Below are positions 13,964 through 26,358 of a DNA stretch of 64,000 bases, piece after piece. The stretch comes from Eledone cirrhosa. Lineage: Eukaryota. The notes under the pieces were generated by a model. That model was not told the origin of the DNA and did not search any database. It saw only the letters and a list, made by a program, of their open reading frames with translations. The first letter of the stretch is position 1; each line of letters starts with the position of its first letter. Where the stretch lies: NCBI GenBank assembly GCA_964016885.1, contig OZ024745.1, positions 110,670,001 through 110,734,000 on the forward strand. The letters are read 5' to 3'. The position numbers and the translations under genes were made by a program.

Positions 13964-14638
13964 CTAAAAGCACCTAAGGATCAAGTAGTGGTGACTGACA
14001 GATTAAATACTACAAGGATATCACTTCTGATGCTCTTCTCTAAAAGCACCTAAGGATCAAATAGTGGTGTCTGACAGATTAAATACCACAAGGATATCTC
14101 TTTTGATGCTCTCCTCTAAAAGCACCTAAGGATCAAATAGTGGTGTCTGACAGATTAAATACCACAAGGATATCTCTTTTGATGCTCTCCTCTAAAAGCA
14201 CCTAAGGATCAAGTAGTGGTGACTGACAGATTAAATACCACAAGGATATCTCTTTTGATGCTCTCCTCTAAAAGTACCTAAGGATCAAGTAGTGGTGACT
14301 GACAGATTAAATACCACAAGGATATCTCTTTTGATGCTCTCCTCTAAAAGCACCTAAGGATCAAGTAGTGGTGACTGACAGATTAAATACCACAAGGATA
14401 TCTCTTTTGATGCTCTCCTCTAAAAGTACCTAAGGATCAAGTAGTGGTGACTGACAGATTAAATACCACAAGGATATCTCTTTTGATGCTCTCCTCTAAA
14501 AGTACCTAAGGATCAAGTAGTGGTGACTGACAGATTAAATACCACAAGGATATCTCTTTTGATGCTCTCCTCTAAAAGCACCTAAGGATCAAGTAGTGGT
14601 GACTGACAGATTAAATACTACAAGGATATCTCCTCTAA
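13964..14638. repeat. 76-bp minisatellite, about 8.8 copies
   Basis: ctaaaag recurs at 13964, 14040, 14116, 14192 and so on to 14572; units are near-identical. Confidence 0.95.
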
Positions 14639-15164
14639 CAATTTCATCAATACACACACTTAGACTCATACTTTATTTTATCTACATGCAAAAGAAGAAT
14701 GAAAGGCAAAGTTAATATCAGGGGAATTTAAACTTTGAGTATGTATGGTCTTGTAACTTTTGATAGTGTTATCGGGGCACCATTATGTCTTGGGCACTTT
14801 AAACCTGATGAAGTCTATTCCTACTCCATATCTGAACACAGCCAATTTCTTTCAGAGAAAGAGATATAGAGAGAAAAGAAAAGAGAAAGCGATATGGAGG
14901 AAGAATTGACACCATTACTGAACTGGGGCTTTATTTTATCTACCCATAAAAGATGAAAAGTAAATTTGAGAACAGTCAGATTTGAACCCAGAGTGTAGAA
15001 ATCAGACTAAATACAGCAACACAAACACCACCACCACAAATGCCACCACCACAACCACCACACACAACTGAAATGGAGATTGTCAACCATTTGCAATTCC
15101 AACAGTAAAAGGATGTACATATTAGATAACACTCCTACTAGATATACTGAGTGGAAAGAAGGTG

Positions 15165-15684
15165 GGTGCCACGACAAAAACAAAAAACAAAAAAAAAACA
15201 CCCAGTCCACTCTGTAAGGTGGTCATGCTGGTGATCTGACAAAAAACACCCAGTCAACCCGGTAAGGTGGTCATGCTTGTGACCTGACAAAAAGCACCTA
15301 GTCCACTCTGTAAGGTGGTCATGCTGGTGACCTGACGAAAAGCACCTAGTCCTCTCTGTAAGGTGGTCATGCTGGTGACCTGACAAAAAACACACAGTCC
15401 ACCCTGTAAGGTGGTCATACTGGTGACCCGACAAGAAAAACCCTGTTTACTCTGTAAGGTGATCGTGCTAGCGACCTGACAAAAAGCACCTAATCTACCC
15501 TGTAAGGTGGTCATGCTGATGACCTGACAAAAAGCACCCAGTCCACCCTGTTTGGTGGTCACGCTGGTGACCATACAAAAAGCACTCAGTCGACCCTTTA
15601 AGGTGGCCATGTTGGTGACACGACAAAAAAACACCCAGTCCACCTTGTAAGGTGGTTGTTTTGGTGCCACAATAAAAAGCACCC
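15165..15684. repeat. About 48-bp minisatellite (about 10 copies) derived from an internal retroelement segment
   Basis: Unit aaaaagcacccagtccactctgtaaggtggtcatgctggtgacctgac resembles gtgccacggcaaaaaagcacccagcccacactgtaaagtgg at 58990-59030. Confidence 0.85.
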
Positions 15685-15830
15685 ATATATATATATGTAT
15701 ATATATATATCACATATACATCACCTATATATCACTTATGATATATATATATATATGTATATATATATGTATATATATATCACATATACATCACCTATAT
15801 ATCACTTATGATATATATATATATATATAT

Positions 15831-16073
15831 AATGTAGTAGGTGAGTTTTATTGTAGTACAATAAAGCAATGCAGATATCGGATAAGTAGCACTCTACGTT
15901 GATTTAAATGTTGATTTAAAACTGCACTATTCACAAGTGTTTTTTAACCTTCATATCATGTCTCCCTATTTTATCTGACGAAAACGCAAATGTCATCTCA
16001 TGATGATATTTGTTTTTGAAATGCGCATAATAAAATACAGGGAACTCTTTTAACCATCTTTTGATCTTATATT
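15831..16073 (+). mobile_element. HHR family A element (Penelope-like LTR fragment) in (TA)n
   Basis: Flanked by (TA)n; homologous to 29644-30050 and 50298-50482; contains an HHR motif. Confidence 0.75.
15963..16043 (+). ncRNA. Type I hammerhead ribozyme motif, family A
   Basis: tattttat-CTGACGA(15975)-long helix II-GAAA(16018)-tgcgca-TA-ataaaata; helix I pairs and helix III is palindromic. Confidence 0.75.
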
Positions 16074-16574
16074 ATACATATATATATATATATATCATCA
16101 TCATCATCATCGTTTAACGTCCCTGTTCCACGCTTGCATGGGTTTGGACGGGGGTTTTCCCACTTGAGGCAAGAGTGGTTGTCTTGCTCGCATAGGACTG
16201 TCTGGCGGGTTTTATATGATATATATATGTGTGTGTGTGTGTGTGAGTGTGTACAAGAACATATAGATGGGTTTAGATGTATGAGGGGTGTGGGTGTACA
16301 TATATATATATCGACATACAGATATATATATATATATATATATATTCTTTAAACAGATATAGTGCATTTTTAGATACGTGCATATTTTCCATTATTGATT
16401 TATGTGTGTTTATGTGTATATATATGTGTGTGTTTATATGTATATATATGTGTGTGTTTATGTATGCGTATCAACAATCACACATCATACATATATGTAA
16501 ACACTCTGTATGTTTGTATGTCTACAAAAACATTTCACACATACATATAAAAGTTCTGTGTGAGTGTATGTGTG

Positions 16575-16671
16575 TGTGAGGTTGATGTTGCTGTATATGT
16601 GTGTGTATGTCTACAAACACATTTCGTACATACACTAAATAATGTGTATATGTGTTTGTACGTGCATCTAT

Positions 16672-16728
<57 letters not shown>

Positions 16729-16975
16729 ATTGCCTGTTGCTGTGCATGTGTGTGTACGTCTAGAAACACATTTCGTACATACACTAAATAATGCGTATAT
16801 GTGTTTGTACGTGCATCTATGTGTGAGTGTGTGTGTGAGATTGCCTGTTGCTCTGCTTGTGTGTGTACGTCTACAAACACATTTCGTACATACACTAAAT
16901 AATGTGTATATGTTTTTGTACGTGCATCTATGTGTGTCTGTGAGTGTGTGTGTGAGATTGCCTGTTGCTGTGTAT
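16575..16975. repeat. Compound tandem repeat, about 3.5 units of 110-150 bp with variable (GT)n
   Basis: aaacacatttcgtacatacactaaataatg and gagattgcctgttgct recur. Confidence 0.85.
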
Positions 16976-17008
16976 AAGTGTGTATGCACGCACACATACA
17001 CACACACA

Positions 17009-17055
<47 letters not shown>

Positions 17056-17319
17056 ACATACGCACACACAGACACACATACACACATACAGATACTCATA
17101 CACACACACACACACACACTGACACGTGCATATACACACAAACAGGAAAGAAATATAATAGAATTACAGCTTTAACAACATAGGCAATTTAACTTACTTT
17201 AATTTTCTTTTTAGTGAAATAAAACAGAGTCTTTGTGTTGGAATAAGTTCAAAACAAACCATGAGTGACTTTGAAGTTGTGAAATAGGTCTTGTAAAAAG
17301 ACATGGCTTTTTCTTTTTT

Positions 17320-17433
<114 letters not shown>

Positions 17434-17966
17434 TGTGCATATATATATATATATGTATATATGTATATATATAGATGTGCATATATATATGTATATATAT
17501 ATATATAGATGTGCATATATATATATGTATATATGTATATATATATAGATGTGCATATATATATATATGTATATATGTATATGTATATATATCTATGTAT
17601 TTATATGTATGTATATGTATGTATAAATATATGTGTGTTTGTGTGTGGGTGTGTGTGTATATACATAGTTTTTTTCAGTATAAATCTTTAAGCAGAACAA
17701 CATTTAATGTACAAACCATGAACTGTCTTTAGGACAATAGCATTCTCAATTATAAATAACAGAGAGAATTTATTGCATTACTTGGACAAAAATTTCAATA
17801 CTCTGTTGAAAGATTAAATGAATATGTTAAAAGCTTCTTTTATTTTTGACATTCTAGCAGAATATATGATTTTTAACTGAAATTTAATTTATTTTTGACA
17901 TTATATATACACCAATGACCTTTTGTTGCTGACTAATTCAAAAATGTATTGATGATGGTATTTAAA

Positions 17967-18019
<53 letters not shown>

Positions 18020-18109
18020 GGTGTATATATATGTATGTATGTGTGTGCATGTGTACATCTAATATCAACATAATATATCTATATACACATCTATATACAC
18101 ACACACATG

Positions 18110-18145
<36 letters not shown>

Positions 18146-18156
18146 CACAAACATAT

Positions 18157-18194
<38 letters not shown>

Positions 18195-18566
18195 TATATA
18201 TATAAAGATACATTTGTTTGATTAATTTATTAAATCAACCTCACCAGTATGTAATTGGGATATTTTATATAATATAGTTTTATAAATCTATGACCTCACA
18301 AATGATTTCACTCTCAGAAATTCCTACTTTTTACACACCATAAACGTTTCTTTTAGAAGAATTTTCTGATAGATCTATCTCTGTATAAATTTTTTGATTT
18401 ACGCACATGACCAACAATGTTGGGAAAGGAGAAAGTCGAATAAATCAACCCCAGTCTGTTACTGGTGCTTTGTTTCATAAAAATTTATAAATATTTATTT
18501 TATAAGGATGAAAATCAAAGCTAACCTCAGTATGATTTGAACTCATATATATTTGTTTGTAAATAT

Positions 18567-18735
18567 GGTTGGTGTTAGGAAGGGCATCCAGCCATAGAAA
18601 ACCTGCCAGATACAGTCCTATACAAGGGAGACACGGTCACCCGATCAATCTTGCCCCAAGTGGGACAACTCCCGTCTAACCCATGCTAGCGTGGAAGATA
18701 GATGTTAAAGGATGATTATGATGATGTTGATGATA
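18567..18735 (+). mobile_element. RTE-tailed retroelement 3' part
   Basis: ggttggtgttaggaagggcatccagcc...aacccatgctagcgtggaagatag...(gat)n. Confidence 0.8.
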
Positions 18736-18885
18736 ATGGTGGGCTTCTTTTTTACAGGCTGTTACTTATTGAATTTTGATTTTAGATGTTCCTTGTACCA
18801 CTGATTCAGACCGCTTATTTGCTTCCAGGATTCTATTAGGTAAAAAGTAAGTATATAAAACCATTTTAGAACATAGGTAAATTAA

Positions 18886-19106
18886 ACCTTTAGCATTTAC
18901 ATTACTCTATATTTACTATTATATTTTTATGGTAAAGGCTTTACTTCACATAATTATCTCACATAATATTGAATCGATGAGATTTTGATATTGTTTATTT
19001 TGAGAACAATACCTTAACATAAGTATGAGCAGCTGGTTACTGCCAGTTTGAACAGAAAGAGGTAAGAGAATTCTGGCCGAATACGGCCTGTTTAAATGCT
19101 AAAGGG
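18886..19106. mobile_element. piggyBac-like MITE family 1, intact copy
   Basis: TTAA|acctttagcattta...taaatgctaaaggg|TTAA. Confidence 0.9.
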
Positions 19107-19149
19107 TTAAATGTAATCAAATTTTGGTCACAAAGTGTTGTCTAAGTCT

Positions 19150-19425
19150 ATCTATCTGTCGCAAGCCTGAACGCTCCTCAGGCTGGAACTTATTCCAGTT
19201 TCCATGGTGCTTAGCAACTGAAAGTATAATCTTCCCTCTGCACACAATGCCAGTCCATCACAGGGTTCAACCCCCACCCCCTGCTACTGCTGGTACTCAT
19301 TTTCAGCTGAGTATGCTGGAGCAATGTGAAATGAAGTGTTTTGCTCAAGAACACAACACACAACGCAATCCAGGAATCGAACCTACAACATTATGATCAT
19401 TAGTCCAACACACTTACCACTAGGT
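19150..19425 (-). mobile_element. CORE-like tRNA SINE (SINE-B); related copies at 20905-21043 (-), 21885-22150 (+) and 28505-28793 (-)
   Basis: Minus strand reads ggttcgattcc (B box) followed by tgtgttcttgagcaaaacactt (CORE-like motif). Confidence 0.7.
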
Positions 19426-19729
19426 GATGGCAATGAATCAATTAGTAACCTTTATAGATATAACTTCACATGTACATGTGTTTTTGTGTGTATGTGTAAG
19501 TTATAGGTGTATGGTTAACATATATCATCACAGACACATAGATATCTGTGCATATGTATGCTTGTGTGTGTATGTGTGTGTTTGAGTGTATGTATTTGTC
19601 TATATATATGTGTGTGTGTCTTAAGTCTGTAAAAAAAAAAGAACAAATAAGTGGTTTATTGAACTAAAACAAGAAAACCACATTCCCCCAAAGATAAATT
19701 ACAAATGCAATTGATGCATGTGCCAGAAT

Positions 19730-20430
19730 ATCAGCTGCTAGATATTAGATATTATATACAAGATACAAGACACCAGATAACTAATAACAGATACCAGATG
19801 CCATATACAGATACAGATACTAGCTACCAGATACCAAGTTTCCAGGTGCCACTTGCTTGATTCTAGATGCCAGACACCAGATATCAGATACCAAATACCA
19901 TATACCACAATACTATATACAAAATACCATCAATTGCTAAATATAAAATGATAAATAGTAGATGCCAGATGACTTAATACAAGATACTAGATATCAAATG
20001 TCAACATATCTAGATACAAGACACCATATAGAAGATTACAGATACCAGATACAAGATACCAGCTGCAAGACACCAGATACTCGATGCCAAGCACCAGATG
20101 TGAAAATACCAGATGCTAGGTGCCATATGGAGGATGCTGGCGGACCTGGTCTACTCTAAGCATGATGATGCTTTGGGATCATTGGCTTAGGATAACTCCA
20201 GCCTCATTGAGCAAAAGCAAGAAGAAGACGCGAAGAAGAAGGTTCCATATACCAGATATCAGGTACCAGAATACCAAACACAAGATATCAGAAATCAAAT
20301 AATATATGCAATACAACAGATAACAGATACTAAATATCAGATGCTAAATACTAGACGTTAAATTCCAGATACAGGGTACCAGATGTTAGATATCGGAATA
20401 CAAGATACCAGCTACTGAATACCAAATATT
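19730..20430. repeat. Degenerate 7-mer (accagat)n satellite with an internal insertion
   Basis: Recurring ataccag/atacaag/atgccag heptamers. Confidence 0.8.
20129..20239 (+). mobile_element. Short 5'-truncated retroposed fragment with (GAA)n tail
   Basis: Flanked by aggtgccatat (20118-20128) and aggttccatat (20240-20250), a probable TSD. Confidence 0.5.
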
Positions 20431-20699
20431 GGAAGTAATAAAAATGAACATATGCTCTATCTTTTCATATTAATTCATACCAATTCACAATATTTGATAT
20501 TAATTGCCAAACTAAGAGTCTCCTACATATCAGTTTTATGAGAAGGCTGTGTCCCGTTGATCAAACAGCTAGAACACTCATTCTCAAAACCAACGGAAGT
20601 CCATCCACATATGAGTCACTGGATAGACATCCATATATATATATAAATATTTATATGCATATATATGCAAATGATGATGATGATGATATACATCCATAT

Positions 20700-20880
20700 A
20701 TCATCATCATCATCATTTCATTTTACGTCCGCTTTTCCCCTGCTTGCAAGGGTGGGATGGGAACTGATTCTAGCTTGATTTCTACAGCCGGATGCCCTTC
20801 CTAACACCAACCTCATTTACAGTGAGTTCTGGGTGCTTTTTTCCGTGGCACCTCCACGACCACTTTGTAGTGGAATGATA
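20700..20880 (-). mobile_element. RTE-tailed retroelement, near-identical to 29064-29243
   Basis: (cat)n-ttcattttacgtcc...ggatgcccttcctaacaccaacc...gcacctccacgaccac. Confidence 0.8.
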
Positions 20881-21496
20881 TGGACCCCAGTCCCTATCAT
20901 CTCATTTCTACAGCTGAGTAAACTGGAGCAATGTGAAATAAAGTGTCTTGCTCAAGGAAACAACACATCGCCTGGTCTGAGAATTGAACTCACAATCTTT
21001 CGATTGCAACCCCAATGCTCTAACCACTAAGCCATGTGCCTCCATATATATATATATATATATATATGATTTCTTTCATTGTGATCACACTGGTGGTGCA
21101 TTTAATCTAATGGAAAACTGAGTCTCACAGCAACATCAACATAAATGGTCTATGTCACCTCTGACCTGTAGAAGTCAACTACAGTGGACTGAAGTGGTTA
21201 AAATTCAACAGGAATGAATGTCTATACTGACAGCTAAAACAAAAAGAAAAAAAGACAGAAGACGGGTTTCATTAATTAAGCATTGCTGTTGTCTTTATAT
21301 CAGTGAGTGGGGATTCCCTTGATACCTAATTTCAGACTTGGTAAGCAGAAACTAGAAATCGGTGCCTTGACAGAAGAAGACATGGAGACAAAGGGCAAGA
21401 ATCATTGTGAGGTATGAACTCTTGACCTGTAATCCTGAGACTTTGTCTTCGTGCACATTGCTATGCCTTTCTTTGTGTGTGTGTGTGTGTGTGTGG

Positions 21497-21820
21497 TGAA
21501 GGTGCATGGCTTTGTGGTTAGCGCATTGAGCTTGCAATCGTAACGTTGTGAGTTTGATTCTCAGACCGGGTGATGCGTTGTGTCTTTGAGCAAGATGAGC
21601 AATATGGAGCAATATGAAATAAAGTGTCTTTGAGCAAGACACTTTATTTCATATTGCTCCAGTTTACTCAGCCGTAGAAAAGAGTTGCGACGTCACTGGT
21701 GCTAAGCTGTATTGGCCATTGCCTTTCCCATGGACATCATTGGTAGCGTGGAGAGGGGAGACTGGTATGAATGGGTGACTGCTGGTCTTCCACAAATAAC
21801 CCTGCCCAGACTGAGCCAAA
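21497..21820 (+). mobile_element. CORE-like tRNA SINE with an internal inverted duplication
   Basis: A box-like tggctttgtgg, B box-like gagtttgattc, CORE-like tgtgtctttgagcaagac; 26-bp perfect hairpin at 21605-21661. Confidence 0.7.
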
Positions 21821-22796
21821 CGCCCTAACCAAATTTGTGAGCCAAACACCCTAACCAAGGATCCTCCAAGATTTATATAACAGGGCCTAATAGTTAGGAT
21901 GCTTGGCATATGATCGTAATGTTGTCAGTTTGATTCCTGTGTTGTGTTCTTGAGAAAAACACTTTATTTCACAATGCTGTAGTACACTCAGCTGAGATGA
22001 ATACCAGCAATAGTTGGGGAGTTAAACCTGCAATAGTCTGGTGTCCTGTTCAAGGAGAGTCTCGTACTCTCAGTTGCTTAGCGTCAAGGAAACTAGAGAT
22101 AAGCACTGATCTGATGAACCTTAGGCTTAGAAAGGACTCACCAAGCCTAAACTTGATACTAATTATAACTATCACAACCTACTCTGGCAGAAGAAATAGT
22201 TTGTTGCTTAATACCAAGGCAGCCTGAATTGCACAGATGCATGATCAACAGCAGTCCAGACATGACCATCCCATATTTTTATGTTTCAGGGACTAAATTG
22301 TATAATGGGCCTTCAGTCCTTTTTTATGAAGGTGGTTTATGATTTGATGGAGATATGACTGCTATTTTTACCAGGTCAAATGACAACATAGAGGCTATTT
22401 TGTTGGCTCAAGGAGGAGATAGTAGTTACCTGATTCACTGAACTTGATAGATACCATCACATATTTGGTTCAACTTTCTCCTTTTTTAATATCTCAATCA
22501 TACAATATAAGAGTAAGAGAGTGAGGAAGATAGAGACAGAGAGATAGAGTGTATGTGTGAGAGCGAAAGTGTATGAGAGAGAGAGAGAAAGACAGATAGA
22601 TATATAGAAAGAGTGAGAGGGAGAGAGAGATCAATGAGGAGGACAGAATAAAAGTGCATAATTAAGGATTTATTTTTCCTAAAAATAAACTCGAGGATCA
22701 TGTTTTAATTATATTTAAGAGTAAAAGATTTAAATTTATCACTTGAGACCTATTTCTTTTGCCCAGATGTATGTCATTATATTTCTACATATGCAT

Positions 22797-22870
<74 letters not shown>

Positions 22871-23019
22871 CATGCACTTAGAGATATGAATTGAAAGAAG
22901 GTGAGAGTGAGTGAAGTAATGAGAGGAGAAGGGTGACAGGAAGACAGAGAAAGGAAGAAAAATAAATACAGTATATTCATCAACATATAAATAGAGGAAG
23001 TTCATAAAAAAAAGGGGGG

Positions 23020-23945
23020 AATGCAAACGTGAGAAATAACTGTTAAAATAGCCAAATGCCATTAATAATAACAGCATGGAAGTAAAGTAAAAAATACCCC
23101 TAAGGACGGAAAATATTGACAGTGGCTGCTACGGAGGAATGAATTCCATATCTTCCAGAAGTGGTAACCATGAGAGGAAAGGGATAGAGAGAAAGAGGCT
23201 GAGAGGAATGGGAGATTGGGTGGGTGAAGAATATAGATGATTAAGAAGAGGAGTGTGTTGGTATATCTATTCTGTTTTGTTTTGTTGTCATCACACATGC
23301 ATCATCCCAGCAGAAATGTTCATTTTCTGCTGCATGAGTTGGCCTAAAATATGTAGTCCTGTCTTTCTCATGTGAAACTATATGGCCAGGTGAGAGCTGA
23401 TGAGGTCATGATATGTCTGTGCTTTGGTCTTGTAACTTTGATCTCCACTTATTTTCCTTTTATTTTCCTTTACACTTTTACATGCCAATCCTCTCTTCTC
23501 TTAATCATCTATACTTTTCACTCATCCAACCTCACATCTCTCTCCCCCTTCCTCTATGTCCCTGTTAGCTTTTCCCTTTCCTCTCATGGCTACCAGTTCT
23601 AGAAGATATGGAATTCATTTCTCTGTAGCAGCCACTGGCCATTATCTTCTGTCCTTGGGTGGATTGGCAGTATCGGTAGAGGGTCAGACGCCATGCTTTG
23701 CAGCATAGAATTACGGCCCTTTATGGTTTGAGTTCAAATCCTGCCAAGGTTAACTTTGCCTTTCATCCTTACGGGGTCAATAAAATAAAGCACCATAATG
23801 TACTGGGATAATTGCTGGCCTTGTGCCAAAAGTAGAAACAATTATTTTCTGTCCTTAGAGGTAGTTTTTATCAAACTTTCATGCTGTTATTATAAATGGC
23901 ATTCAGCTGTTTTAACAGCTATTTCTCACACTTGATTTCCCATTT
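23020..23945. repeat. Old long inverted repeat (foldback element), right arm interrupted by a SINE
   Basis: 23020-23260 is complementary to 23484-23656 plus 23857-23945 (e.g. gaattccatatcttccagaa / ttctagaagatatggaattc). Confidence 0.75.
23657..23840 (+). mobile_element. SINE-A full length with about 16-bp TSD
   Basis: attatcttctgtcctt (23641-23656) and attattttctgtcctt (23841-23856). Confidence 0.9.
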
Positions 23946-24491
23946 TTCTATACACTTCAATGCTTTGTTTTAATAATTTGATACACCTAATGTTGGTTTA
24001 CCTATATAGATAAATATATATTAATATAAATCTCAACTACATTTCCATATAAATAATTATTATGAAGAGACAATTTCAGTTGAATGCTAGTCAATGGCAA
24101 GGATTAGAAGAATTATTAAAGTATCAAGTAAAATGCCTTGCAGTATTTGTTTGAACTCTCAGCTTTCTGAGTTCACATTTCATTGAGATCAACTTTGTCT
24201 TATATCTTTTCAGGAATTGATATAATCAACCTTCATCTCCCCCAAAAGTGTTGGCCTTGTACCAAATTATAAATCATTACTTCTTTGAGTGTTAATGAAA
24301 TAAAGTAACAGTCAAATATTAGGGACGATTTAACCCTTTTGGTTCCAACCCGCATGAAACTGCCCTGGATTTCTAATTCAAAACTGTTCATTTTTATATG
24401 GCTATCTGTATATTAAAACCTTCCATCATAATTTTATTTTGGGAATTTTTGTTAAGTAATGTTCTAAATACTAGCTTACTGGATATACATT

Positions 24492-25012
24492 TTCTTCTTC
24501 TTATGGTGTCTACAAGAGTGTCAGTTACAAGCTTGGCTAGATGTGGTTCTGCCACAGCTGAACACATTGTTGTCCTTTCTCATGAAACTCTGCTAAGTCC
24601 AATGCTGTACATGGGTGTTCTAGCAGGGGGCATATCAGGAAGTGCTGCATAGTCTGTGGTTTGATGCCACAGTCACACAATGTCCCCACCCTTTAAATAT
24701 TCCCAATTTTGCAAGATTGACTTTTGCACATCCAACACCAGATCTTAGTCTGTTGAGGCATTTCCACACTGCATAGTTTGTATCTGCTCCAGTGGGGTAG
24801 TGTATCTGCTCCAGTGGAGTAGTGTATCTGCTCCAGTGGAGTAGTGTATCTGCTCCAGTGGGGTAGTGTATCTGCTCCAGTGGAGTAGTGTATCTGCTCC
24901 AGTGGGGCAGTGTATCTGCTCCATTGTTGTTACTGATGGGAGGTTGTTAAGTTTTACTTCCCTACTTATGCTTGATGTTCCAAGGGACGTGATGTTATTT
25001 AGGAAACTTTTC
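24492..25012 (-). mobile_element. Vingi/Ingi-like non-LTR retrotransposon 3' fragment with CCHC zinc knuckle and 13-bp TSD
   Basis: Minus-strand translation SRKSFL...GADTNYAVWKCLNRLRSGVGCAKVNL...CDCGIKPQTMQHFLICP...QLWQNHI*, with frameshifts; (GAA)n tail; TSD ctggatatacatt at 24479-24491 and 25013-25025. Confidence 0.8.
24779..24923. repeat. 22-bp minisatellite (about 6.5 copies) inside the LINE fragment
   Basis: (tgtatctgctccagtggagtag)n. Confidence 0.95.
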
Positions 25013-25356
25013 CTGGATATACATTAACACAGTGTGAAATCAGACAATATGCTTTATGGCATAGAGTTACGCTCCTTTACTATCTGAGTTCAAATCTCAG
25101 TTAGCTTTGCCATTCATCTTTACAGGGTCGATAAAATAAAGTACCAGTAATGCATTGGGTTAATTGCTGGCCTAGTGCCAAAAATAGAAACAATATTTTC
25201 CCCTTTTAGTTTGGTGGATTGGTGTAATTGGTAGAGCATCAGATAAATGTTATTGTGGTATTTGTTCTGGCACAAATCCTGTTGATATCAACTTTGCCTT
25301 CCACTCTTCAAGAGTCAATAAATTAAAATACCAGTCAAGTATTGGTGTTGATTTGA

Positions 25357-25790
25357 CCCTTTAGCGTTAACCTTACTCTATATTTACTAATGTATTTTCA
25401 TGGTAAACACTTTATTTCACATAATTATCTCACATATTATTGAATCGATGAGATTTTGATGATGTTATTTATTTTGAGAACAATACCTTAACATAAGTAT
25501 GAGCAGCTGGTTATGGCCAGGTTGAACTGAAAGAGGTGAGAGAATTCTAGCCGAATATGACCTGTTTAACCCTTTAGCATTTAAACCGGCCATATCCAGT
25601 CAGAATTCTCTCATCTCTCCCTGTTCAAACCAGCTGTAACCAGCCACTCGTACTTATGTTAAGGTATTGTTCTCAAAATAAATAATATCAAAATCTCGTG
25701 GATTCGATATTATGTGAGATAATTATGTGAGGTAAAGCCTTTACTGTGAAAATACAATTGTAAATACAGAGTAAGGTAAATGCTAAAGGG
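25357..25790. mobile_element. Inverted dimer of piggyBac-like MITE family 1 inserted in a SINE-A
   Basis: Copy 25357-25565 forward and copy 25570-25790 reverse, joined at TTAA (25566-25569); outer flanks ttga/ttaa split the SINE motif gttgatTTAAtcaact. Confidence 0.85.
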
Positions 25791-26131
25791 TTAATCAACT
25801 TTGCTGTTCTCCCAAATTTGCTGTCCTTGTACCTAAATTAGAAATCAATATTTAGACACACATACACTAAAATATGATTTTTTTTTTTTATTAAAAATTA
25901 TAGTGGTTTCTAATTTAGGTACAAAACAAGCATTTATGCGTGTGTGTGTTGCAAGATAAGCTGACTCCATTAATTCTGGTATTTAACTGGTACTTCGTTA
26001 TATCAACTCTGGAAGGATTAAAGGCAAGATTTGAAGTTAGAACATAAAGGGTCGAAATTAAATACAACAAGAGCAAAACATTTTGTCTCATGCTCTAACA
26101 CTTCTGTCAATCCCATTGTCCACCCCAACAA

Positions 26132-26358
26132 ATAATTGTTTCTACTTTTGGCACAAGGCCAATAATTCAAAGGGAATGGGAAAGTCAATGAAATCGACCT
26201 CAATACATTACTGGTACTTTATTTTATCGGTGACGTAAGGATGAATGAATGGCTAAGCTAACCTCAGCAGGATTTGCACTTAGAATGTAAAGGGATGCAA
26301 CTATAATCCACAAAGCATGTTGTCTGACATTCTATTAATACTGCCAATCCATTGCCTT
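26132..26358 (-). mobile_element. SINE-A copy (an older copy adjoins at about 25905-26120)
   Basis: Family motifs on the minus strand. Confidence 0.75.

Noticed and set aside
13964-14638. CRISPR-like regular repeat
   Set aside because: No unique spacers, whole 76-bp units repeat, no cas genes, and the context is eukaryotic
15138-15713. Repetitive Cys/His-rich ORFs
   Set aside because: By-product of a 48-bp retroelement-derived minisatellite that is open in several frames
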